Origin: a virus
Length of the DNA: 64,000 nucleotides
Direction: 5' to 3' (one strand)
Virus record (IMG/VR): IMGVR_UViG_3300022602_000038
Coordinates: 32,001 to 96,000 of that record
Numbering within the stretch: the first letter of the stretch is position 1; every line of letters begins with the position of its first letter. Shown here piece by piece: positions 7,842-15,655 of this stretch. Position numbers and translations under genes: made by a program. Under the pieces are notes generated by a model. That model ran no database searches and was not told the origin of the DNA. It saw nothing but the letters and a program-made list of their open reading frames with translations.

Positions 7842-7964
7842 CATTAGATCAACAACTACAGGCCTTTGTAGAACAGACAAATAAGGACATAGAATATTTT
7901 CAGGAAATAATTAGAAATAATAGTTGCAATTCGGATGAATCCATCCATAATAGATTTGTTAACC

Positions 7965-8237
7965 ATGACAACCACAACAAATACAACAATGAATACTACA
8001 GCTACACAAACAGCTGAAGCTAAGTTAAAACGTGCGACCACAATCGCTACTAACCAAGCAGTTAAGTCTTCTGCAAGAGGTTACACTCTTCCATTAGTTT
8101 TAACATGTACGGTAACAGGAAAGAGTGTTAAGTACACATCAGCAGCATATATTGAAAAATGTATCGACCGTGCTGGTTCACTCGAGAAGTTAATCGCTAC
8201 TTACGTATCGCGTGAGGGCCGTCGTCAATCAAAGTAA
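7965..8237 (+). CDS. basic hypothetical protein (CTVTG motif)
   Basis: promoter TTGCAA-16-CATAAT (7924-7951) places the start at or after 7965. Confidence 0.7.
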   Translation: MTTTTNTTMNTTATQTAEAKLKRATTIATNQAVKSSARGYTLPLVLTCTVTGKSVKYTSAAYIEKCIDRAGSLEKLIATYVSREGRRQSK

Positions 8238-8306
8238 TACAACAATCAACCTATAATACAATAATATAAACTAACTGAGTCCTTAGACTAATACGGATTA
8301 TAAAAA

Positions 8307-8345
8307 AAATAGGGTACCTGTTAATGTGTAGCAGGTACCCTATTT
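8307..8345. terminator. inverted repeat, probable terminator
   Basis: AAATAGGGTACCTG/CAGGTACCCTATTT. Confidence 0.7.
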
Positions 8346-8369
8346 AATTATACCACCAAAGCAGCTAAC

Positions 8370-8570
8370 ATGATAGACCCATACAACACATTAACGGATG
8401 ATATATCACTCTGCTTTAGACAAGTAGCATTAGATTTTAGATTATTAGACATTATTGACAGTTTAGATCAGAAAGACAAAGACCATGTTTTTAATTGGCG
8501 ATACCGTTCAAATCAAAACAAACTCCGTAGTAGGAGAGATAACAGACATCGATTACTCCAAAAAGGGTGA
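8370..8570 (+). CDS. hypothetical protein (66 aa)
   Basis: ORF only. Confidence 0.45.
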   Translation: MIDPYNTLTDDISLCFRQVALDFRLLDIIDSLDQKDKDHVFNWRYRSNQNKLRSRRDNRHRLLQKG

Positions 8571-8641
8571 CCCAGTGTACCTAGTACATTCACAAGGCAA
8601 ACAATATTTAACAGAAGACAAAGACTTAACTTTTATACCAG

Positions 8642-8842
8642 ATGAATACAAAGAATAAGAACAACAATAACATTAGCTTCTTTTTAGGCACTACCATACT
8701 ACTAACTGCTGTTGGGTGTGGTGTAATAATAGGCATAAAATATCTTGCACTAAAGACCTTTTTATCTATATTAATTACATCATCAATGATAGCTCTATTA
8801 AGTACATTCATTACTGATGATGCTGATAGAGATGACATATAA
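8642..8842 (+). CDS. small membrane protein (two hydrophobic segments)
   Basis: ISFFLGTTILLTAVGCGVIIGI and TFLSILITSSMIALLSTFI. Confidence 0.6.
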   Translation: MNTKNKNNNNISFFLGTTILLTAVGCGVIIGIKYLALKTFLSILITSSMIALLSTFITDDADRDDI

Positions 8843-8886
8843 CATTTTACCTAACCTATTGGAGTGGGTTAGGTGGTAAGAACATA

Positions 8887-8934
8887 AGATGGCTCACTAG
8901 ATGGTTTGTTATTATCCATCTAGTGGGCTCATCT
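8887..8934. terminator. long hairpin, possible terminator
   Basis: AGATGGCTCACTAGATGG/CCATCTAGTGGGCTCATCT. Confidence 0.55.
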
Positions 8935-8942
8935 ATTTAATA

Positions 8943-9101
8943 TGACCTACATATATAGATCCGGTATTGGAAATTCGAATTTCTAAATCCAGAAGTGGTA
9001 CCAAATTTGGATGCACTACCCAATTTGACTTATGTATATAGATCCGGTATTAGAAATTCAAATATTAAAATCCAGAAGTGGTACCAAATTCAAATACACT
9101 A
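8943..9101. repeat. dispersed repeat copies 3 and 4 in tandem (76-bp unit, 83-bp period)
   Basis: TATATAGATCCGGTATTRGAAATTC...AAATCCAGAAGTGGTACCAAATT twice (8943-9018, 9026-9101). Confidence 0.88.
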
Positions 9102-9151
9102 TCTGAAACAAATAGCTTGATTAGAGTAATAAACAATATACAAACATATAA

Positions 9152-9382
9152 ATGAAACAACAACCCCTTAACATTAATAGAAAGATACTACTCAATAGCA
9201 TTATACAATTGGCTGAAATAGCTAGCGTATATGAACAAGAGGACATCAGTCAAGTACTCTTTGCTACTGCTGGTACCATTCATGCTAATAGCACCCCACA
9301 ACTAGCCCAACACATCATGCCCTTTGTTAAGAAAGAACTTGATAGAGTAACCTTCCTACAACGCACCACCGATAACAACTAA
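9152..9382 (+). CDS. hypothetical protein (76 aa)
   Basis: ORF; stop overlaps next start (TAATG). Confidence 0.7.
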   Translation: MKQQPLNINRKILLNSIIQLAEIASVYEQEDISQVLFATAGTIHANSTPQLAQHIMPFVKKELDRVTFLQRTTDNN

Positions 9383-9558
9383 TGCTCTATACACTACACT
9401 GGACCAGACCTAATGGCCAGATCATTACCGGCACCATTACCTTTAATGAAGAGGATACATTCTTTGGTATCAAACTCTATAACAATAATAGATGGCTTGC
9501 TACAGCACACCACTCGCTATATGAAGGAGGCTTTTATAGAGTAACACTCCAATCATAA
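9382..9558 (+). CDS. hypothetical protein (58 aa), absent from ORF track
   Basis: MLYTLHWTRPNGQIITGTITF...VTLQS*, coupled to previous stop. Confidence 0.6.
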   Translation: MLYTLHWTRPNGQIITGTITFNEEDTFFGIKLYNNNRWLATAHHSLYEGGFYRVTLQS

Positions 9559-9890
9559 CCAAGTCCCGTTTCTGACTATGGTTTGTTTCCAAACCAGGTT
9601 TTCAAACGGACTTAAGCGCACAAATTAACTTTATATACACAATAGAAAAAAATCAATAAAAAACTGCATGCCAACTTTTTAGCACATCCCCGTAGGCAAA
9701 TTCCCATAGTACGCTTTTCTTCAGTAATCCCGTTTTTTGCGTAACACAAATTTTTTTTCGCGCGAATTTTTTTTTGGCTAAATTACATATATGGGGGTTT
9801 TGGGTAATCCCGTATATACAGTGCGCAGGTATAATAATACATAAAGAGGTAGTTGTTATGGGTGCATGATTACATAAGTATTGGGTACTC

Positions 9891-10268
9891 ATGCAAGCAC
9901 GTTCTATAAAAATATTACAAGAAGCATACGAACAAGTTAACCGGAGTAGAATGCACAGTATCACTAAGCCGGTGATGAACGAGAGAGGCGGCGAACAAGA
10001 AGACGATGATGATATCAACTCGGCAGCTGACGGGGCAACGCTACACATAGCTAAAGCCGGCATATGGTCTGTAGTGAACGGGTTCTTAAGGGGTAATTTA
10101 ACGTTTATTGGTAAGGGTGGTAAAGTTTACACTTTATCTATGGTAGACAAGCTATTGCAATCGGCTACTAATAAGGAGGAATTAAGGCACGTATTTGACT
10201 TATTAGATATGGAGAGGTATATGAGTGGTAAAGCACCGGAACGATTTGACCCATCTAACAACGAATAA
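9891..10268 (+). CDS. protein with LxEAY leader
   Basis: MQARSIKILQEAYEQV; TAAGTA at 9875-9880. Confidence 0.75.
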   Translation: MQARSIKILQEAYEQVNRSRMHSITKPVMNERGGEQEDDDDINSAADGATLHIAKAGIWSVVNGFLRGNLTFIGKGGKVYTLSMVDKLLQSATNKEELRHVFDLLDMERYMSGKAPERFDPSNNE

Positions 10269-10287
10269 CTATAAATTTATATAAGAT

Positions 10288-10322
10288 ATCCCAAACTGAG
10301 AAAAGGTTTGGGATTTTTTTTG
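10288..10322 (+). terminator. intrinsic terminator
   Basis: ATCCCAAAC/GTTTGGGAT plus T run. Confidence 0.75.
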
Positions 10323-10387
10323 CGCGTAATTTTTTAGTTGCTTTTCCCTATATAGGGGTTATTATTATATCCGTATTAATAACAATT

Positions 10388-10756
10388 ATGCATATGTACA
10401 AATCTGAATTTTTCAAGCAACTATACACGGCTTCTCTGCAGACGCTTGCCGGGAAGATGGACACCACACACTCTACAGACAAGTTTACTGTAGCTACTGA
10501 GGCATGGAGGTTGGCACAGATTGCAGAGTTTGTGTATAGTAGGGAGGTGGATAAAACTGATATACAGAAAGATAGGGAACTAAGCGAGAGTATAGCTCAA
10601 TTGAACCGTAGTATGTCTAGTAATAAGCCTGACAGTTATGCTAGTAATAATGAGGCTGTTAAGGAGACGACGGAGAGTAATAAGGTTAACCTATCCGGTT
10701 ATAAGAAGACCATGAATACTATTAACCCGTACCCTTCTAATTACTACGAACTTTAA
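10388..10756 (+). CDS. hypothetical protein (122 aa)
   Basis: TTGCTT-16-TATTAT promoter at 10338-10365. Confidence 0.7.
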   Translation: MHMYKSEFFKQLYTASLQTLAGKMDTTHSTDKFTVATEAWRLAQIAEFVYSREVDKTDIQKDRELSESIAQLNRSMSSNKPDSYASNNEAVKETTESNKVNLSGYKKTMNTINPYPSNYYEL

Positions 10757-10865
10757 CTGGTTTAAAACGGGATATAACGTAGTTATCTAATAAGTTAATA
10801 TTAAGCGTAGCTGGGGGGTGCCTGCGGCGGGAGGATCAAGCTACGCTTGATAAAAGTAACTCTAT

Positions 10866-11672
10866 ATGAATCTATTTAATTTGTTTAAGAAGAAAAGTAA
10901 TAAGGTGAGGTTTATTAACCCAATACCGGGGTTGGCGGCTGCGCATCCTATTATTGAAGCCCAGGACCTAAAACGGGAGTGGATGGAGCGCAATGCCAAG
11001 GACATGGCCTTGCAAAAAGAAATGCTCAAAACATGCCCCATGGATAAGATAAAGGGACTGGTCATGTCCACGGGCTTTATTATACGGTGCCCGGGCATTC
11101 GTACTGTTCAAAATACCGGCTACATCGTGCCCCTACCCTATGATGTGGTGATTGAAACGTACGGGGACGGGGAGAAGTTCAATACCGTGTTCTTTGTACC
11201 GGACAATGCTGCTTATAAAACCTCTATTGATTATCACCCCAAAGAACAGTACCACAATTATATCCCTGTACCGGACAATACTCTTAAAACGTTGATTAAA
11301 ATAGGTACCGGGTGGAACATTGTACCAGATGAAAACTATGTGTGGATGTTTTGCCCGGTGTTACATTCTGGGGAAACACGCTTTACGGTGGCTACCGGCA
11401 TAGTGGATCCTTATCTTGACCCACAAATCAATGCTCAGCTATTCTGGCACGTACTCAAGGGCAGAACCTTTATTAAAGCCGGTACCCCACTACTTCAAAT
11501 AATTCCTTTACCGCGTAACTTTGTACAACCAGAGTTTGAATGCGGTATGGGCAATATAACTGACTTTAATAAATTATTAGGTAACTTTAATGCTAATAAA
11601 GTATCCTCTAATAGAGATTATCGTAAATTAAATGAATCCGGTCAACGTCTTTGGAACGATCCTACTACTTAA
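10866..11672 (+). CDS. DUF6065-like phage protein (dUTPase-like beta-clip fold)
   Basis: RCPGI...GYIVPLPYD...GIVD...IKAGTPLLQIIP pattern, commonly next to phage 2OG oxygenases. Confidence 0.55.
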   Translation: MNLFNLFKKKSNKVRFINPIPGLAAAHPIIEAQDLKREWMERNAKDMALQKEMLKTCPMDKIKGLVMSTGFIIRCPGIRTVQNTGYIVPLPYDVVIETYGDGEKFNTVFFVPDNAAYKTSIDYHPKEQYHNYIPVPDNTLKTLIKIGTGWNIVPDENYVWMFCPVLHSGETRFTVATGIVDPYLDPQINAQLFWHVLKGRTFIKAGTPLLQIIPLPRNFVQPEFECGMGNITDFNKLLGNFNANKVSSNRDYRKLNESGQRLWNDPTT

Positions 11673-12329
11673 ATGAAAATACCAGTCTTTGATACCTTTA
11701 TAGATGTGTTCGAGTTTACTAGAGTTGATGATTACCCTGGTAAAGAGTTTTTTGATTCAAAAGTAGAAGAGCTATTTAACTTACCACAAGTAGTTAACGC
11801 AAAAACTCCTATCACTGAACGCAACGGAAATGCTCTATCTACTATTCATTTATGCAGTGGTAAATTTAGAAAACATATACTGTATTTTTTACAACTAACA
11901 GATCATGTTTTAGGGGTATGGATAATAGAGCAATTAAGAATTGCAGGAATAGATTATAATCTTAGTAGAACCCGAGATGTTACTGCGTATAAGTTTCATC
12001 GGGCATGGGCCAATAGAATGTTTAAAGGTTGTGATGGACAGGCCCACAGACATAAATTACCAGGCGAGGAGAAGCCTGATTTAGTAGCCATTTATTATCA
12101 TCAAGTACCGGATAATAGTGCAGAGTTAATCTTTATTAATGAAAAAGATATGTCTATAGGTGTTGGTAAACATTACTTAGAATATCCAGAAGAACAACGG
12201 TTCCACTTTAAACCAAAAGCCGGAATGCTTGTAGTACATGATCCGCATATAATGCATGCCATTTCTACCCACCAAAGCGATTTACCCCGGACGTGTATTA
12301 TATTTGAACCGGCTTATAAACAGATTTAA
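11673..12329 (+). CDS. 2OG-Fe(II) oxygenase superfamily protein (HxH type)
   Basis: WAN...AHRH...AIYY...F.P..GMLVV....HAI....R..I.F. Confidence 0.75.
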   Translation: MKIPVFDTFIDVFEFTRVDDYPGKEFFDSKVEELFNLPQVVNAKTPITERNGNALSTIHLCSGKFRKHILYFLQLTDHVLGVWIIEQLRIAGIDYNLSRTRDVTAYKFHRAWANRMFKGCDGQAHRHKLPGEEKPDLVAIYYHQVPDNSAELIFINEKDMSIGVGKHYLEYPEEQRFHFKPKAGMLVVHDPHIMHAISTHQSDLPRTCIIFEPAYKQI

Positions 12330-12379
12330 ACGAATCTTAATCTTTATTATTCTATCCGGTGGTATAAATATTTTCTTTC

Positions 12380-13441
12380 ATGGGCGCGCAGCATATACTT
12401 TTTATTTTAAAACGTAGAGAAGATTATAATCCAATGGGTTATAACCCTAAAGGTTTGAGTACCGGACTCTACAATTCAGCTTCTTTTATGGTTAATATGC
12501 TTAATAAAAATGGCATTAAAGCTTCTATGGAAGTAGCCATTGATAATAATTGTATTGATCGGTTAGTTACCTTACACAAACCTACTCACGTTATAATAGA
12601 AGCCTTGTGGGTGGTGCCGCAAAAGTTTGCTGAACTTATTCCTCTACACCCTACTGTAAAGTGGATAGTGCGTTTACATTCTGAAATGCCTTTTATGGCA
12701 GGTGAAGGTATAGCTATGAATTGGTTAGGAGATTACCTTTCCTACTCTAATGTTTCGTTAGGTGTGAATGCACCTCGTATGCATAATGAAGTACAAACAT
12801 ATGCTAAAATAAAGTATAAGTGGACTAAAAAACAAGTAAATGAACGAGTAATTTATTTACCTAACTATTACCCACAAGAGTATTGGGCACCTCGTGGTAT
12901 TATAAAAAAATTACAAGTAGTAGATGTAGGTTGTTTTGGTGCTATTAGACCTTTAAAAAACCATTTAGTACAAGCTTTCGGTGCATTAAAGTTTGCTGAA
13001 AAAATAGGCAAACAGTTACGTTTTCATGTTAATATAGGTCGTACTGAAATGAAAGGTGAACCAGTAATTAATAATATTAAAGGACTGTTTATGCAATTAG
13101 CTGATTCCGGTCACCAGCTTATATGTCATGAGTGGTCAGAAAGAGAACAGTTCTTAGAACTTTGTAGGTCTATGGACATTGGTATGCAATGTAACTTTAG
13201 CGAAACATTTAATATAGTAGGAGCTGATTTAATTAGCCAAGGTGTACCATTAGTTGCTACAAAAGAAGTGCCTTGGTCTAGTTGTATCTTTAATGCAGAT
13301 CCTACAGAGAGTGATGATATATGTAAAGCATTACTAGCATCTTATTATTTTCCTGGTTTAAATGTACGAATTAATCAACGGAATTTGACTAAGTATACTA
13401 ATCAGACTGCTAAGGTCTGGTTCAAACAATTTAAATCATGA
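12380..13441 (+). CDS. GT-B (GT4-like) glycosyltransferase
   Basis: GCFGAIRPLKNH and SETFNIVGADLISQGVPLV donor-binding motif; TATAAATA at 12363-12370. Confidence 0.75.
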   Translation: MGAQHILFILKRREDYNPMGYNPKGLSTGLYNSASFMVNMLNKNGIKASMEVAIDNNCIDRLVTLHKPTHVIIEALWVVPQKFAELIPLHPTVKWIVRLHSEMPFMAGEGIAMNWLGDYLSYSNVSLGVNAPRMHNEVQTYAKIKYKWTKKQVNERVIYLPNYYPQEYWAPRGIIKKLQVVDVGCFGAIRPLKNHLVQAFGALKFAEKIGKQLRFHVNIGRTEMKGEPVINNIKGLFMQLADSGHQLICHEWSEREQFLELCRSMDIGMQCNFSETFNIVGADLISQGVPLVATKEVPWSSCIFNADPTESDDICKALLASYYFPGLNVRINQRNLTKYTNQTAKVWFKQFKS

Positions 13442-13656
13442 AGGCTAATAAACACAAGACCACTAAACACACTGTACATGTATTTACATGGGTAAACGGC
13501 GCGCTAGAACGAGTTACTCACAGACACAACTCGTACAAAGAATCTACAGACTTTGTTAAGCGTTGGCCTTGCCATGTTGCTAAAATATATGACGAAGAAG
13601 GTAACATGGTGTATGAATACAATAAAGAGCCGTTACCACAAGGTGTTTACGCCTAA
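13438..13656 (+). CDS. hypothetical protein (72 aa)
   Basis: ATGA overlap with the GT gene. Confidence 0.65.
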   Translation: MKANKHKTTKHTVHVFTWVNGALERVTHRHNSYKESTDFVKRWPCHVAKIYDEEGNMVYEYNKEPLPQGVYA

Positions 13657-13657
13657 T

Positions 13658-13695
13658 AAAAAAGCCGTAGATTTATTCTACGGCTTTTATTTTTT
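13658..13695. terminator. bidirectional intrinsic terminator
   Basis: AAAAGCCGTAGA/TCTACGGCTTTT between convergent genes. Confidence 0.85.
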
Positions 13696-13822
13696 ATTTA
13701 ATCTTTCGTGTTCGTATCTTTCCAGCATCTGAACGTCGTGCACGGGACTTTTGTCCCATCATACGTCCATATCTAGACATCATCTTATTCGGTGCAATAC
13801 TGTTTTTAGTTTTATATGCCAT
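13694..13822 (-). CDS. basic RSD(K/A)G peptide 3 (42 aa), absent from ORF track
   Basis: MAYKTKNSIAPNKMMSRYGRMMGQKSRARRSDAGKIRTRKIK*; paralogous to 15085-15201. Confidence 0.75.
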   Translation of the reverse strand: MAYKTKNSIAPNKMMSRYGRMMGQKSRARRSDAGKIRTRKIK

Positions 13823-13861
13823 AATTAAATGTTATTAATTGTTAATATTGAGTTTATTGAC

Positions 13862-14443
13862 TTAAAGTCTATCTTTATATTTGTATATATATTTGGTTGG
13901 TAGTAAAGATATATTAAGTAGTACTCTTAAATTGTTTTCAAAAGGAAGTTTACCACTATGCTTAATATCATTATTAAAGTAAACAAGGGTACCTTTTTTA
14001 GGTGATACTGCTTTATATATCTCATTCTTTTCATTAAAGAAAACTGTATCCCCATCACTATCGTTTACATAGTATATAACTGATATTGCTTCTTTAAAAG
14101 GAGTATCTATATGTGGACCGTTAAACCAATCCTTTTCATAGTCTTGTTGAGGGTAAGTAATATTTGCTTTAAATCTTATTATATACATATCTTCATTTAA
14201 TAACGAAGATAATTTTGTAATAATATGCTCAACATGTTCCCATTTAGTAGATATTTTTTTGTTGTAATTTACAAACCCGTGTACAAATTGACTAGTATCT
14301 TTAACCTGATCTGTATGAAATGAAATTTTTTCTGTTGTAAAATTACTGTAGTAATAAGGCACTTTTCTAGAAAAAATTAAGAGGTTTTCTAAAAAATCTT
14401 GTTGTTCTTTTTCTAAAAAGTTTTCTATTACAGTTATTTCCAT
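13862..14443 (-). CDS. 2OG-Fe(II) oxygenase
   Basis: PHID...IYYVNDSDGDTVFF...H...R; paralog of next gene. Confidence 0.85.
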   Translation of the reverse strand: MEITVIENFLEKEQQDFLENLLIFSRKVPYYYSNFTTEKISFHTDQVKDTSQFVHGFVNYNKKISTKWEHVEHIITKLSSLLNEDMYIIRFKANITYPQQDYEKDWFNGPHIDTPFKEAISVIYYVNDSDGDTVFFNEKNEIYKAVSPKKGTLVYFNNDIKHSGKLPFENNLRVLLNISLLPTKYIYKYKDRL

Positions 14444-14461
14444 AATAAACTTACTTTTTTA

Positions 14462-15073
14462 TTAGTATACATTTTTTTCATCAGCTTCTCTTGCTTTAAG
14501 AACTAGATCTATATTTTTATTCCGAGTAATATTAAAATTTATTATTGAACGCATTTTAGTTTCAAAAGGTGGTTGTCCTGTATGAACAATATTGCTATTA
14601 AAATAGCAAATAGATCCTTTTTTAGGGGTTACTGCTTTACATACTTCATCTTTTTCATTAAAGAAAACCGTATCCCCGTCACTATCGTTTACATAATATA
14701 TACAAGCTAATACTTCTTTATAAGGAGAGTCTACATGAGGGTTATGAAAACTGTCTTTATTGTAATTTCGATGCGGATAATTAAAATTCATTTTACATCT
14801 AACTATAAACATTTGTTCATTAAACAATTCACATAATTTATTATAAATAGGTTTCACATCAATCCAAAACGGAGAAACCGCTTTATTGAAGCTCACAAAT
14901 TGATGAACAAATTGTGGAGTATCAATAACTTTATCATTTATAAATTCAGGTCTAGGCGTAGTACCTGGTTGGTAATACACGGGTAAACTTCTAGAATGCA
15001 ATAAAAGTTTTTCAATATGATCTTGCTGTTCTTTTTTAATAAAATCTTCTATTACTACTATTTCGTTTTCCAT
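14462..15073 (-). CDS. 2OG-Fe(II) oxygenase
   Basis: PHVD...IYYVNDSDGDTVFF...HTG...RSIINFN; TAAGTA 5 nt upstream. Confidence 0.85.
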   Translation of the reverse strand: MENEIVVIEDFIKKEQQDHIEKLLLHSRSLPVYYQPGTTPRPEFINDKVIDTPQFVHQFVSFNKAVSPFWIDVKPIYNKLCELFNEQMFIVRCKMNFNYPHRNYNKDSFHNPHVDSPYKEVLACIYYVNDSDGDTVFFNEKDEVCKAVTPKKGSICYFNSNIVHTGQPPFETKMRSIINFNITRNKNIDLVLKAREADEKNVY

Positions 15074-15084
15074 TATAATACTTA

Positions 15085-15201
15085 CTAGCGTTTCTTACCC
15101 TTATCTGATCTTTGTTTTCTGTATTTTGGCAATCCTAGCTTACGCATTGACTTCGCCATTGTACCAGAAATGAGAATACTATTTTTAGGTTTATATGCCA
15201 T
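15085..15201 (-). CDS. basic RSDKG peptide 2 (38 aa), absent from ORF track
   Basis: MAYKPKNSILISGTMAKSMRKLGLPKYRKQRSDKGKKR*. Confidence 0.75.
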   Translation of the reverse strand: MAYKPKNSILISGTMAKSMRKLGLPKYRKQRSDKGKKR

Positions 15202-15202
15202 G

Positions 15203-15340
15203 TTACTTTCTTTTTCTACCTTTATCAGAACGAGTGGCCCGTATTGTTTTAGCAACACCTCCACGAGAGCGGTATTCTGCAGCTTTTGATTTACTAATGT
15301 GACCGTTTGGGATGATCACTCCCCATTTATTAGTTGCCAT
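15203..15340 (-). CDS. basic RSDKG peptide 1 (45 aa), absent from ORF track
   Basis: MATNKWGVIIPNGHISKSKAAEYRSRGGVAKTIRATRSDKGRKRK*. Confidence 0.75.
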   Translation of the reverse strand: MATNKWGVIIPNGHISKSKAAEYRSRGGVAKTIRATRSDKGRKRK

Positions 15341-15343
15341 AAA

Positions 15344-15595
15344 TTAACCCTCAAAATCAATTTGATTAAAGTCGTTTTCAGAATCAGCAACTTTCTTTTC
15401 AAACTTTGCAAACTCAAAACCGTTTGCACATTTCTTTGCTGCATCAAACATTTCACCAGGATTGCTAAATCTACCTTTTGCAATCACTTCATTAACACGA
15501 GAGTATAAACTTGCGTCTTTAAATCTAAGGATCTTACCATTTGGAAAGCTAAGGGCATAACTACCTTTGCTTTTAGTTTTAATAATTTTAGCCAT
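15344..15595 (-). CDS. hypothetical protein (83 aa)
   Basis: first gene of a minus-strand unit with TTGATT...TATAAT promoter upstream. Confidence 0.7.
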   Translation of the reverse strand: MAKIIKTKSKGSYALSFPNGKILRFKDASLYSRVNEVIAKGRFSNPGEMFDAAKKCANGFEFAKFEKKVADSENDFNQIDFEG

Positions 15596-15655
15596 ATTTT
15601 ATGATATATTATTATAGTATATATTTTTAGGAAATCAACGTAAGTATTGGAATAA

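Noticed and set aside
4506-9101. CRISPR array or mini-array
   Set aside because: Units are long, degenerate and irregularly spaced, with no unique spacers of constant length and no cas genes.
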